A stretch of DNA of 60,281 nucleotides, taken from an uncultured Alphaproteobacteria bacterium. Its GTDB lineage: Bacteria; Pseudomonadota; Alphaproteobacteria; Rickettsiales; UBA1997. The notes under the pieces were generated by a model, which was not told the origin of the DNA, did no database searches, and saw only the letters and a program-made list of their open reading frames with translations. Shown piece after piece: positions 10,224 to 19,768 of this stretch; within the stretch, counting starts at the first letter, position 1; each line of letters opens with the position of its first letter. Position numbers and translations under genes: made by a program. Location of the stretch: assembly GCA_903937405.1 (NCBI GenBank), contig CAIZZE010000072.1, forward strand, positions 1 to 60,281, written 5' to 3'.

Positions 10224-11335
10224 GCAACCAGGAACAATTAAACGAAATCCGCCCTTACCGCGCCATTCATCGCCGCAAATCACGCCAGATTTTTGTCGGC
10301 AATGTTGCAATTGGCGGCGATGCACCAATTTCAGTGCAATCAATGACCAATACGCCAACCGTTGATGTGCAAGCAACGATTCGCCAAGTCAATGAATGCG
10401 CCGAACTTGGTGCTGAATTAATGCGCATTTCGGTTCCAGATAAAGAATCTGCTGATGCGTTAAAACAAATTATTCCACACTGCCCGGTTCCAATTATTGC
10501 CGACATTCATTTTCACTATCGCCGCGCTATTGAAGCGGCTGAAGCTGGTGCGAAATGTTTGAGAATTAATCCGGGCAATATTGGATCTGATGAAAAAGTA
10601 CGCGAAGTTGTTAAAGCTGCGAAAGATTATGGCTGCGCAATTCGCATCGGCGTTAATGCTGGATCTTTGGAAGCAGATTTACTCAATAAATATAGAACCC
10701 CAACTCCGGAAGCGCTTGTTGAATCAGCGCAACGCCATATTCGTATTTTGGAAGATAATGATTTTTTCAATCTCAAAATCAGCGTTAAAGCTTCCGATGT
10801 TTTTCTCGCAGTTGCTGGCTATCGCGCGTTGGCGCAAGTTTGTGATTATCCGCTTCACATTGGAATTACCGAAGCCGGAAGCTTAGCGGCCGGAACCGTA
10901 AAATCTGCGATCGGTCTTGGAACTTTATTGTGGGAAGGAATAGGCGACACTATGCGCGTTTCGCTTTCGGCCGATCCGAAAGAAGAAGTAAAAGTTGCTT
11001 ACCAAATTTTAAAAAGTTTGGGATTGCGTCATCGCGGCGTAAATTTAATTTCTTGCCCTTCTTGCGCCAGACAAGCGTTTGACGTAGTAAAAACCGTTGA
11101 AGAAGTTGAAAGAAGAGTCGCTCATATTAAAAAACCATTAACCATTTCAATTTTAGGCTGCGTTGTAAATGGCCTCGGTGAAGCAGCACACACTCAAATT
11201 GGAATCACTGGTGGCGGTGGCGGAAGGCATAATGTTTACATGAATGGCAAACCAGATCACAAAGTTACATCTGAAGAATTGGTTAATCACATTGTTACTT
11301 TAATTGAAGAAGAAGCCGGAAAAAATGGCGCTTAA
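10220..11335 (+). CDS. ispG: 4-hydroxy-3-methylbut-2-en-1-yl diphosphate synthase
   Basis: Full-length GcpE-like ORF ([20 protein letters not shown]...CPSCAR...GCVVNGLGE). Confidence 0.9.
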   Translation: MSNQEQLNEIRPYRAIHRRKSRQIFVGNVAIGGDAPISVQSMTNTPTVDVQATIRQVNECAELGAELMRISVPDKESADALKQIIPHCPVPIIADIHFHYRRAIEAAEAGAKCLRINPGNIGSDEKVREVVKAAKDYGCAIRIGVNAGSLEADLLNKYRTPTPEALVESAQRHIRILEDNDFFNLKISVKASDVFLAVAGYRALAQVCDYPLHIGITEAGSLAAGTVKSAIGLGTLLWEGIGDTMRVSLSADPKEEVKVAYQILKSLGLRHRGVNLISCPSCARQAFDVVKTVEEVERRVAHIKKPLTISILGCVVNGLGEAAHTQIGITGGGGGRHNVYMNGKPDHKVTSEELVNHIVTLIEEEAGKNGA

Positions 11336-12089
11336 GTTTGATAAAAAAATAATCGAAAAAAACTTTTCGCGCGGCGCTAAGAATTATGATGAAGCAGCCT
11401 TAATTCAGCGAGAAGTTGCTAAAAAATTGTGCGATTTGACTGCGCCTTTTATTAAAAACGAGGCGCGGATTTTAGATTTGGGTGCTGGAACTGGTTTTGT
11501 GGCGAAGAATATTTTTGATTTGGTTGGCGAAAAAAAAATCCAACTTTTTGAAAGTGATATTTCTTTTGAGATGCTCAAACAAAACTCGGAAAGCTCTTTC
11601 AAAATCCAATCTGATTTTGAAAATCTACCTTTTAAAAATAACAGTTTTGATCTTTTAATTTCTTCATTTTCTTTACAATGGCTGGAAAATTTAGAACAAA
11701 CTTTTTCTCATTTTTTTTCCCTGCTTAAACCATCAGGAACCCTTGCCTTTTGTGTTCCAACGCAAGAAAGTCTAAATGAATTAAAATCAGCAAATATTTT
11801 TAACTTTACTAAATTACCAAAAGCGGAAGATTTGATTTTAGCTTTGCAAAAAAATGGTTTTAGCGAAAAAAAATTCCAAACTGAAATTTTAGAGCAAGAA
11901 TTTGAAAGCGGCTTACAAGCATTGCAATCATTGAAAAAAATCGGGGCAAATTATTCAAATAAGAAAAATAAAACCTTGAACAAAACCCAATTGATACAAT
12001 TCAATAATTTTTGTTTGAAAAATTTTGGAACAGCGAATAAAAAAGTCCGACTTTCTTGGTTCGTTTCTTACTTTATCTTCGTTAAATAG
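11325..12089 (+). CDS. bioC: Malonyl-ACP O-methyltransferase-like class I SAM methyltransferase
   Basis: The N-terminus ([22 protein letters not shown]), SAM motif (LDLGAGTGF) and [13 protein letters not shown] resemble BioC. Start moved to the ATG at 11325 (MALKF). Confidence 0.6.
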   Translation: MALKFDKKIIEKNFSRGAKNYDEAALIQREVAKKLCDLTAPFIKNEARILDLGAGTGFVAKNIFDLVGEKKIQLFESDISFEMLKQNSESSFKIQSDFENLPFKNNSFDLLISSFSLQWLENLEQTFSHFFSLLKPSGTLAFCVPTQESLNELKSANIFNFTKLPKAEDLILALQKNGFSEKKFQTEILEQEFESGLQALQSLKKIGANYSNKKNKTLNKTQLIQFNNFCLKNFGTANKKVRLSWFVSYFIFVK

Positions 12090-12097
12090 TCTTAAAA

Positions 12098-12550
12098 ATG
12101 ATCGGTAATATTCTAAAAAAATTGGTCGGAAAATCCGATAAAAAACCAAAAGAACCGCCTAAAAGTGAAAAGCTTGCTGAAAATCTGCGCAAGAAATCAG
12201 AAGAATTGACCCAATTTTTAGGTGATAAAATCGAATCAGTTCGGGAAGAATATTTTTCCATTCGCGAAAAAACCAAGAATCTGCGCCAAACCAATTATGA
12301 TTTGGGCATGAAACATTTAGAAAATGGCCATATTGATGAAGCAATTATCCGTTTTAAAATTATTCGTAAATTCTGGCCCGACGTTGTTGATGCACAATAT
12401 CAACTAGCTTATTGCCTGGTTTTGAAAGAAAAATTTAAAGAAGCCAAAAAAGTTTTAGATGAATTACTAAGTAAAAATCCCGATTATGATCAAAAAGCTC
12501 ACGATTTACTTGATCACATTAATAGCTTGGAAGAATCGACAAATGCCTAA
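12098..12550 (+). CDS. TPR-repeat protein
   Basis: 150 aa with TPR-like repeats (LGMKHLENGHIDEAIIRFKIIRKFWPDVVDAQYQLAYCLVLKEKFKEAKKVLDELL). Confidence 0.6.
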   Translation: MIGNILKKLVGKSDKKPKEPPKSEKLAENLRKKSEELTQFLGDKIESVREEYFSIREKTKNLRQTNYDLGMKHLENGHIDEAIIRFKIIRKFWPDVVDAQYQLAYCLVLKEKFKEAKKVLDELLSKNPDYDQKAHDLLDHINSLEESTNA

Positions 12551-13337
12551 AAAAATCTTTACCTTAATAATTTTCATTCTCGCGTTACAGCCTTTTGCTG
12601 CCTGGTCTAAAGCTGCTAATAAAAAACAAAAAGATGCTGTTACAACCCGCTATCAAACAATTGATGAAGAAGCGGAATATGCCGAATTTGAATTACAAAC
12701 CAGTGAAGAAATTTATGATCCATTAGAAAAAATGAACCGCAAAATTTTCATTTTTAATGATTATTTTGACCGCTACTTTTTTGAACATGTTGCCAAATTT
12801 TACCGCAAAGGCGTGCCACAAGGCGCTCGTATGTCAATTCGTAATTTTTTACTTAATTTATCGCTACCGATTTCAGCAGTTAATTCATTATTGCAAGGCA
12901 ATGTTGACAACACTCTTTCAACATTTTCCAATTTCCTGATTAATACCACAGTCGGCTTTGGCGGCTTATTTGACGTCGCTGAAGATAAAGGTATAAAATA
13001 TCGAGTCGAAGATTTTGGTCAAACTTTGGGACATTATCGTACTGGTTCCGGCGCCTATTTAGTATTACCATTTCTTGGCCCAAGTTCGGTAAGAGATTTA
13101 GGTGGATTAATTGTAGATAAATCAGCAAATCCTTTTGAATTAAATTTTCTGGAAGTTGGTGGCAGAGCTGATCTTATCAGCAGCAATGTTCGCTTAGGAT
13201 TAGCTGGAGCCGCCGCAGTTGATAAAAGAGAAAGTTTGATTGATATTATTGATAGCATAAAGGCCGACTCTTTTGATCCTTACGCAACTTACAGAAGTGC
13301 TTACTTACAAAAACGTCAAACCGATATTAAATTTTAG
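12543..13337 (+). CDS. mlaA: MlaA/VacJ family outer-membrane lipoprotein
   Basis: Signal peptide (MPKKIFTLIIFILALQPFAAWS) and VacJ block (DPLEKMNRKIFIFNDYFD...IRNFLLNLSLPISAVNSLLQG). Start trimmed to the ATG at 12543, which overlaps the TPR gene's stop. Confidence 0.8.
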   Translation: MPKKIFTLIIFILALQPFAAWSKAANKKQKDAVTTRYQTIDEEAEYAEFELQTSEEIYDPLEKMNRKIFIFNDYFDRYFFEHVAKFYRKGVPQGARMSIRNFLLNLSLPISAVNSLLQGNVDNTLSTFSNFLINTTVGFGGLFDVAEDKGIKYRVEDFGQTLGHYRTGSGAYLVLPFLGPSSVRDLGGLIVDKSANPFELNFLEVGGRADLISSNVRLGLAGAAAVDKRESLIDIIDSIKADSFDPYATYRSAYLQKRQTDIKF

Positions 13338-13346
13338 AAAAAACTT

Positions 13347-13958
13347 ATGAAAAAATTTCTTATAACCTGCCTTGTTTTTTTCATTGCCACGCCAGCTATA
13401 GCTACAGAAAATGCTAAAACTGCTGAAGTGCGAACTTACGTTGAAGAAATCGGAAATAAAATAATCAAAATTGCTGGCGAAAAGGGCAGCGAAAGTAAAA
13501 AAAGAGATAAAATTATCAGCGTGATTGACGGCGCAATTGATGCAGATTGGTTAGCTCGTTTTGTTTTAAGCAGAAATTATAAAACCAGCACTGAAGTCCA
13601 AAAAGAGCGCTTCACCAAGCTTTACCGCGATTTCATGATTAATATTTACGGACCAAAATTCAAAAATTATAACGGCAAAAAATTCACCGTAAATGAAGTA
13701 ACTGAACAAAATGGCTTTTATATTGCCAAAGCTGAGTTTTTACCGCGCGATAGCAATGCACCAATTTCAGTTAATTTTCGAGTCAGAGAACGTAACGGTA
13801 AATTAATGATTTTGGATTTTATTGCTGAAGGCGTGAGTTTGATTGAAACTCAAAGATCAGAATTTAATTCTGCGATTGCGCAAAAAGGGATGGATCAATT
13901 TTTGGATGACTTAACAGAGAGAGTAAAGCAATTGAAGGAATCAAATAGCAAAACTTAG
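13347..13958 (+). CDS. mlaC: MlaC/Ttg2D-family periplasmic phospholipid-binding protein
   Basis: Signal peptide and Ttg2D-like core (DADWLARFVLSRNYKTSTEVQKERFTKLYRDFMINIYGPKF). Adjacent to mlaA. Confidence 0.7.
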   Translation: MKKFLITCLVFFIATPAIATENAKTAEVRTYVEEIGNKIIKIAGEKGSESKKRDKIISVIDGAIDADWLARFVLSRNYKTSTEVQKERFTKLYRDFMINIYGPKFKNYNGKKFTVNEVTEQNGFYIAKAEFLPRDSNAPISVNFRVRERNGKLMILDFIAEGVSLIETQRSEFNSAIAQKGMDQFLDDLTERVKQLKESNSKT

Positions 13959-13987
13959 TGCTATTCCTAAAACAGAACCTCAAGGCA

Positions 13988-14010
13988 GGACTGGGTTACA
14001 AACCCAGTCC
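13988..14010. terminator. GC-rich perfect hairpin (10-bp stem, 3-nt loop) between convergent genes
   Basis: GGACTGGGTT-aca-AACCCAGTCC. No clear T-tract, so it may be a REP-like stabiliser rather than a classical terminator. Confidence 0.45.
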
Positions 14011-14049
14011 AGCGCTAGCTCAGCATAATTTTATACAGCTAAATCACTA

Positions 14050-14178
14050 CTATTTTTTCTCACTTTCTTCCACCACTTTTCTTCTCATCAAATTTTTCCG
14101 CAGCGCATCAGAAAGATCCTTTTTCTTCTGCTTTTTCTCACGCAGCTTTTGCTCTTTTGGCACTAATTTATTACTCAT
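14050..14178 (-). CDS. Small highly basic protein (42 aa), apparently translationally coupled to msbA
   Basis: Hand translation: MSNKLVPKEQKLREKKQKKKDLSDALRKNLMRRKVVEESEKK. Its ATG overlaps the msbA TGA as ATGA (14175-14178). Confidence 0.4.
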   Translation of the reverse strand: MSNKLVPKEQKLREKKQKKKDLSDALRKNLMRRKVVEESEKK

Positions 14179-15950
14179 AAAGTTTCGCTAATTTCAAACT
14201 GTTTTAAATATAGATTTGAGTAAGCTCCGCCTTTATCCAGCAACTCTTTGTGCGTACCCTCTTCCACAACTCTGCCATTTGAAATTACCACAATTTTATC
14301 AGCGTGAATTACGGTTGAAAGCCTGTGCGCGATAACCAATGAAGTTCTGCCTTTCATCAATTTCGCCAAAGCATCTTTGATTAATTTTTCTGAAATTGGA
14401 TCTAACGCAGAAGTTGCCTCATCTAAAAGCAGAATCGGCGCGTTGTACAAAATCGCGCGGGCAATTGCAATTCTTTGGCGCTGACCTCCGGAAAGACGAA
14501 TACCATTTTGCCCAACTTTGGCATAATATTTTTCCGGCAATTCCTGAATAAATTCATCAGCTTCCGCCATTTTCGCAGCGTTAATAATTTGTTCTTCAGT
14601 TGTATCAACTTTACCGTAACGGATATTTTCAATGATCGTGTCATCAAACAACATCACTTCTTGATTCACCACTGACATAGAATTGCGCAGCGATTTTAAA
14701 GTGATGTCGCGAATATCGTGGGAATCAAGTTTAATCGCGCCTGAACTTGGATCATAAAAACGCAAAATCATGCTCATAATTGTAGATTTTCCGCCGCCCG
14801 AATGTCCGACCAAAGCGACAGTTTGTCCGGCTTTAATCCTAAAGCTAACATTCTTCAAAGCCAATTTGTCATCGACATAACCAAAACAAACATCTTCAAA
14901 CTCAATATCGCCTTTAACTGCATCTAAAGAAACTGCATTTGGTTTATCAATAATTGTTGGTTTTTCATCAAATAATTCATATAAACGGCTCGCCGCAGCT
15001 AGACCCATCTGAACCCCAGAATTCATATTCGAAACTGATTTAAGCGGCTTATAAGCCATCATCATCGCCGCAAAAAATGAGAAAAATGCACCCGGAGTCG
15101 TTTCGCCGGTAATCACCTGATGTCCACCATACCAGATAACAGCTGCAACACCAATACCAGCCAAACTTTCAACAAAAGGAGATGCGATTAAAGAAATGCG
15201 TGAAATCTTTTTACCCATTTTGAAAATGGCTTCAATAATCAAAGACATTCTGCCAATTTCAAAATCTTCACAGTGATAGGCTTTTACAAGTTTAGAATAT
15301 TGCAAAGTGTCGCTCATTTGTGACGAAAATTTGGAAGCAATTTCTTGGTTTTTAAAAGATAATCTACGCAATCTTCTACCTAATTTATAAATCGGATAAC
15401 CCGCCAAAGGAAAGCCGATAAAAGCAACAAGCGAAAGCTCCAAGCTTTGGTAAAACATCACAATAACTAACGCAATCAACGTAAATAGCTGTTTTACGAA
15501 ACCGTTAATTGTGGTGTTAATAACGCCAACAACCGCACCGATTTCATTATGGATACTCGCCATCATGTCGCCAGAAGATTTGCTGTGAAGTTTGGAAATA
15601 TCAGATTTTATAAAATGCGAATAAAGGCGGATGCGCATGTCAGACGTGATGCGAAGCGACAAAACATTCATTGTTAAAAGTTGAAAATAAGTCGAAAAAC
15701 CCTTCACCACCGTAACTATTAAAACTACCAAAGGAATCACCACCAAAGCCATAGTATTTTTATCAACAAAAACAGAATCCAGCGCCGGCTTGATTAGCCA
15801 AGCGTTAAGGGAAGTTGTTCCTGCAATTACTAACATCAAAGCCACGGAAATTAAAAAAGTTTTCCAGTTTGGTATGATATATTCTTTCGTGATGCGTTTG
15901 GCTAAATAAGTCGTGCTCGCGTAATTAATTGGCTTTAATGGCTTCGACAT
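14175..15950 (-). CDS. msbA: ABC transporter permease/ATPase fusion, MsbA-like lipid exporter
   Basis: Six-TM N-terminal domain, Walker A (GHSGGGKST), signature (LSGGQRQRIAIARA) and Walker B (LLLDEATSALD). Confidence 0.75.
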   Translation of the reverse strand: MSKPLKPINYASTTYLAKRITKEYIIPNWKTFLISVALMLVIAGTTSLNAWLIKPALDSVFVDKNTMALVVIPLVVLIVTVVKGFSTYFQLLTMNVLSLRITSDMRIRLYSHFIKSDISKLHSKSSGDMMASIHNEIGAVVGVINTTINGFVKQLFTLIALVIVMFYQSLELSLVAFIGFPLAGYPIYKLGRRLRRLSFKNQEIASKFSSQMSDTLQYSKLVKAYHCEDFEIGRMSLIIEAIFKMGKKISRISLIASPFVESLAGIGVAAVIWYGGHQVITGETTPGAFFSFFAAMMMAYKPLKSVSNMNSGVQMGLAAASRLYELFDEKPTIIDKPNAVSLDAVKGDIEFEDVCFGYVDDKLALKNVSFRIKAGQTVALVGHSGGGKSTIMSMILRFYDPSSGAIKLDSHDIRDITLKSLRNSMSVVNQEVMLFDDTIIENIRYGKVDTTEEQIINAAKMAEADEFIQELPEKYYAKVGQNGIRLSGGQRQRIAIARAILYNAPILLLDEATSALDPISEKLIKDALAKLMKGRTSLVIAHRLSTVIHADKIVVISNGRVVEEGTHKELLDKGGAYSNLYLKQFEISETL

Positions 15951-16044
15951 GAAAATTTAAAAATTAGGAATTAAGATTTAAGAATTTGGAATTTAGAATG
16001 ATGTTTGTTTAATTAAAATTGGTAATTTGATTTAAAGTAAGGAT

Positions 16045-16069
16045 AGATCCTTAACTCGTTTCAAGATCT
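16045..16069. repeat. Solo arm/hairpin of the AGATCCTGAA...TTCAGGATCT palindromic repeat family
   Basis: AGATCCTTAACTCGTTTCAAGATCT differs from the right arm at 46853-46878 at 2 positions. It is preceded by AGGATAGATCCTTAA, a 15-mer that recurs exactly at 23905-23919. Confidence 0.55.
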
Positions 16070-16109
16070 ATCTAATTTACCAACTAACTCCTAACTCCAC
16101 TTATTCCTC

Positions 16110-17882
16110 GTGATTAATATATTCAACTCTTTCAAAGAAGTTTTTAGTGCTGCTATTCAAAAAATCGCCGCTGAAAATAACCTTCAAATCGAAGAAAAAG
16201 ACTTAAAGAATTTCACGGTTGAGCCAGCAAAAGAAAAGTCGCACGGCGATTTGGCTTGTAATATCGCGATGATTTTGACCAAAAAATTTACTGCTGTTGA
16301 AGCTTTAAATAATCCTAGAAAATTAGCTCAAAAAATTATCGAAACTATTCAAGATGAAAATATCGTAAAGCTTGAAATCGCAGGTCCGGGTTTCATCAAT
16401 ATTTTTCTAAAACCGCAAATTTTTTATAAATTATTGCGCCAAATTGTTGAAGAAAAATATACTTTCCCCAATCTCGGAAATGGCGAAAAAGTTAATCTCG
16501 AATATGCTTCTCCAAACCCGACCGGACCAATTCACGTTGGTCACACCCGCGGCGCAATTTATGGTGATGTTTTAGCAACTTTACTTTCCAAAGTTGGTTA
16601 TGATGTTTTGAAAGAATATTATATAAATGATGCCGGAAGCCAAATTAACACTTTATTAAAATCGGCCAATTTGCGCTATTTACAAGCTTGCGGACAGAAA
16701 ATTGAAATTCCTGAAGGCCTTTACCCAGGCGCTTATTTGATTGATGTTGGTGTAAAATTAAAAGAAAAATTCGGTGAAAGTTTAATTGACAAATCTGAAG
16801 AAGAGATTCTACCACAAATTCGCGATTTCGTGGTTAATCCCATGATTGAAATGATTAAATCTGATTTACTGGCTCTAGGCATAAAACATGATAGCTATTT
16901 CTCAGAAAAAACCAATTTACACGACACCAATAAAATCGCCAAAACCGTACAAATCTTGCGCGATAAAGGTTTAATTTTCGAAGGAAAACTTGAAGCTCCA
17001 AAAACCGAAAAAGGTGTCGGCGCTTTGCCGGAAGATTATGATGACAAAAACCAAACTTTGTTTCGCTCAACTTTATTTGGTGACGATCAAGATCGCGTTG
17101 TCCAAAAAGCCGATGGCAGTTTCACTTATTTAGCCGGCGACATGGCTTACGCCGCCAGCAAATTTGAACGCGGCGCCAAATATTTTATCATGCCTTTGGG
17201 CTACGACCACGCTGGTTACGTAAAAAGATTAACTGCAGTTGTTGATGCGTTAACCGATAAAAAATCACAGTTAAAAGTGATTTTATGCCAGATGGTAAAA
17301 TTCGTAAAAAACGGCGAGCCTTTAAAAATGTCGAAGCGCGCCGGAAATTTTATCACCGCCCGCGAAGTAATCGACGAAGTCGGCGCTGACGCTTTGCGCT
17401 TCATCATGCTCACGCGCAAAAACGATGCGCCTTTTGATTTTGATTTGGCAAAAGTAATTGAACAATCAAAAGACAATCCGATTTTTTATGTGCAATATGC
17501 GCACGCTAGATGCTGTTCGGTGTTGAGAAATTTAAAATCTGAAAACATCACAGTTCCAGAAAAAATTGAAGCCAATATTTTAGAAAACCTGCGTGATGAC
17601 TCTGAAATTGACCTCATCAAAAAAATGGCCAATTTCCCTCGCGTTATAGAAATGGCGGCAGTTAGTTTTGAACCGCATCGCATCGCTTTTTATCTGCAAG
17701 AACTCGCGGCTGAATTTCACGCTTTGTGGAATAAAGGTTCAGATAATCCCGATTTGAAATTCATCATCAAAGATAATTTGCAAGTTACAACGGCTCGCAT
17801 TTATTTGGTTATGGCGCTTAGAAATATAATCGCCGAAGGTCTCAAAATTTTTAACGTCAAGCCTCTTGAGGAAATGAGATAA
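16110..17882 (+). CDS. argS: Arginine--tRNA ligase
   Basis: Class I HIGH motif (PTGPIHVGHTRG), KMSK motif (LKMSKRAG), and a C-terminal DALR anticodon-binding region. GTG start. Confidence 0.9.
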   Translation: MINIFNSFKEVFSAAIQKIAAENNLQIEEKDLKNFTVEPAKEKSHGDLACNIAMILTKKFTAVEALNNPRKLAQKIIETIQDENIVKLEIAGPGFINIFLKPQIFYKLLRQIVEEKYTFPNLGNGEKVNLEYASPNPTGPIHVGHTRGAIYGDVLATLLSKVGYDVLKEYYINDAGSQINTLLKSANLRYLQACGQKIEIPEGLYPGAYLIDVGVKLKEKFGESLIDKSEEEILPQIRDFVVNPMIEMIKSDLLALGIKHDSYFSEKTNLHDTNKIAKTVQILRDKGLIFEGKLEAPKTEKGVGALPEDYDDKNQTLFRSTLFGDDQDRVVQKADGSFTYLAGDMAYAASKFERGAKYFIMPLGYDHAGYVKRLTAVVDALTDKKSQLKVILCQMVKFVKNGEPLKMSKRAGNFITAREVIDEVGADALRFIMLTRKNDAPFDFDLAKVIEQSKDNPIFYVQYAHARCCSVLRNLKSENITVPEKIEANILENLRDDSEIDLIKKMANFPRVIEMAAVSFEPHRIAFYLQELAAEFHALWNKGSDNPDLKFIIKDNLQVTTARIYLVMALRNIIAEGLKIFNVKPLEEMR

Positions 17883-18682
17883 TGGAAGATTTTGGCTACC
17901 AAAAAGACGATTCACAAAATAAATTTTCGGGTCTGGCTAAAAAAAGTTTTTTAGTTGGCGCTACTTTATTTTCGATCGCCGGATTTATCTATGTCACGAT
18001 CAGCGCTTATTATTTTGTTTACCAAGATAAAAACAGCGATATTGAAGTAATCAAAGCCGAAGAAGGCCCAATCAAAGTTTTAGAAGAAGAAAAATCTGGC
18101 GAAAATGCGATGCAAATTGATAGCTCGATTTACGAAGATATTTTCGGCAATAAAGGCATAAAAAAAGAAAATATCCGCCAAGCAATTCCAAAAATTAAAA
18201 CTGCTCCCGAGCCAGTATTACCGCCGCCAAATTTAGCACAAAAATCTTTGACTAAAGAGTCAATTATCAATAAAGAGCCAAAAGCAGTTAAAGCTCAAGA
18301 TCAAAAAATCATCATCTTTTCTGATGCCGCTAAAAAAGAAGCTCCTGCAAAAGATTTACTAACCAACAGCGATAGTGAACGCAACCAACCTAAAGTCGCA
18401 CCAGTTTCGGAAAAGGAGAAGAAAAGAGCAGTCCGCGTTCAAGTCGCCGCAATGACTTCCAAAAATGCGGCAAATGAACATTGGGATAAATTAAATCATC
18501 TTTACCCAAATTTATTTTCGGGACTTCGCTCTTACACTGAAGAAGTGAATTTAGGGAAAAGAGGAATTTTTTATCGCTTACAAATCGGCAATTTTTACAA
18601 CCAGATTGAAGCTGAAGAATTTTGTGGGAAATATGTTGCGCAGGCGCAAAAGAGTAAGGCTGATTGTATTGTTGTGGAATAA
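17882..18682 (+). CDS. SPOR domain-containing membrane protein
   Basis: One TM segment, a Pro/Lys-rich linker, and a C-terminal SPOR domain (VRVQVAAMTSKNAANEHW...YRLQIGNFYNQIEAEEFC). Lies directly after argS. Confidence 0.75.
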   Translation: MEDFGYQKDDSQNKFSGLAKKSFLVGATLFSIAGFIYVTISAYYFVYQDKNSDIEVIKAEEGPIKVLEEEKSGENAMQIDSSIYEDIFGNKGIKKENIRQAIPKIKTAPEPVLPPPNLAQKSLTKESIINKEPKAVKAQDQKIIIFSDAAKKEAPAKDLLTNSDSERNQPKVAPVSEKEKKRAVRVQVAAMTSKNAANEHWDKLNHLYPNLFSGLRSYTEEVNLGKRGIFYRLQIGNFYNQIEAEEFCGKYVAQAQKSKADCIVVE

Positions 18683-18781
18683 TCGAGCTAGCATCTTTAT
18701 CACCAAATTTTAAAGGGGTCGAATTCAACTCCTTCTGACAAATAATGTATAGAAAATAATTTCAAAATTTATCAAAAAAAC

Positions 18782-19356
18782 ATGAGCATAAGTAAGGAGA
18801 AGATTCTTGAAGCTATCCGTAAAACTGCACAAGAAAATAGTGGGAGACCTTTGGGTGAAGTAAAGTTTCAAAAAGAAGCTGGATTTGAGCCTAATCAATT
18901 TCAAGTCCCTTATTCAGATGAGTTTATTAGTGAAAAAATTATAGGACTTATACGAAAACTTAAAAAGTTTCCCACTACCAGAGAGAGAATAGTGGAAAGA
19001 AATATCGACAGCGATTTTCCAAGTCACGGAACTTTTAGAAGATTAAGAACCCAGGAAAAAATTGCGACGATGATATTGTAGAAATATGTAAAACAGTTCT
19101 TAAGGAAGGGTTAACAGCAGTTGATAATCCTGTGCTTGTTGGCGACATTGGCGAAGTTTATCTTTTTAAATCTGGTCGTTACTACAAAATCGGAAAAACA
19201 AAAGATACTGTAAGGCGTGGTAGCGAGATCAGAATTCAGCTACCAGAAAAGTTAGATTTGATCCATTCAATAATGACAGATGATCCAAGTGGTATTGAGG
19301 CATATTGGCATAAACGCTTCGCATTGAACAGAATGCAATGTAAAAGCCCTCTTTGA
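18782..19356 (+). pseudogene. Frameshifted and 3'-truncated T5orf172 / GIY-YIG-superfamily (MUG113-like) gene
   Basis: The N-terminal part (KILEAIRKTAQENSGRPLGEVKFQKEAG) stops at 19081. The second frame is open from 19039 and carries YLFKSGRYYKIGKTKDTVRRGSEIRIQLPEKLDLIHSIMTDDPSGIEAYWHKRFA. It ends abruptly where a palindromic element begins. Confidence 0.7.
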
Positions 19357-19472
19357 AAAAGAGGGTGGATCAAACGCCTTTGGCGTTTGAGACGGGTGAT
19401 TTAAAAATGCTAAATGTTTTATGGAGTAAAAATCCTCCGGCGCTGCGCGCCACCTCCTTTTTCAAAGGAGGC
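19346..19472. repeat. MITE-like element with ~23-bp terminal inverted repeats, each itself a hairpin
   Basis: Left end is GCCCTCTTTGAAAAAGAGGGTGG. The reverse complement of the right end is GCCTCCTTTGAAAAAGGAGGTGG. Internal hairpin: CAAACGCCtttgGCGTTTG. Confidence 0.6.
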
Positions 19473-19519
19473 TTTGCTACTTCTAACATCTTTAACAAAT
19501 TAAGTGTTTATCTTTGTTT

Positions 19520-19765
19520 TTAGATTTTGTGAAATTTTTTGATTTCAGTTACAATGCCAACATATTTCTCCGGCTCTTTATTTTTCCCTAAAATCCAGTC
19601 GTAAATTTCCAAATCATCTTCTTCCAAAAAATTTCCAAACAATTCTAGATCAGAAATTTCTCCCAACTTTTTTTTCGCAAATTCACCAATTAAAAAATCA
19701 GTTTCTTTACAGCCGCGATGTATTGAGCGGTAAAAAAGTTGTTTCACCAAATTTTCATTATTCAT
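19520..19765 (-). CDS. sdhE: Succinate dehydrogenase flavinylation/assembly factor SdhE (DUF339)
   Basis: 81 aa containing RSIHRGCKETDFLIGEFAKKKL...FLEEDDLEIYDWILGK, matching the SdhE/Sdh5 pattern. Confidence 0.75.
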   Translation of the reverse strand: MNNENLVKQLFYRSIHRGCKETDFLIGEFAKKKLGEISDLELFGNFLEEDDLEIYDWILGKNKEPEKYVGIVTEIKKFHKI

Positions 19766-19768
19766 TTT

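Noticed and set aside
13958-14191. 77-aa + strand ORF in the mlaC / msbA spacer
   Set aside because: It is low-complexity (poly-F/S/L). It starts at the mlaC stop, runs antisense across the hairpin, the ATGA-coupled small ORF and the msbA 3' end. No motif is present, so it is most likely a frame artefact of AT-rich DNA.
18713-18734. tRNA T-arm-like fragment (AAGGGGTCGAATTCAACTCCTT) just upstream of the T5orf172 pseudogene; possible att-site remnant
   Set aside because: Only a partial resemblance to GGTTCGAATCC with an imperfect stem. There is no acceptor, D or anticodon arm and no CCA context, which is too weak to call a tRNA fragment or integration scar.
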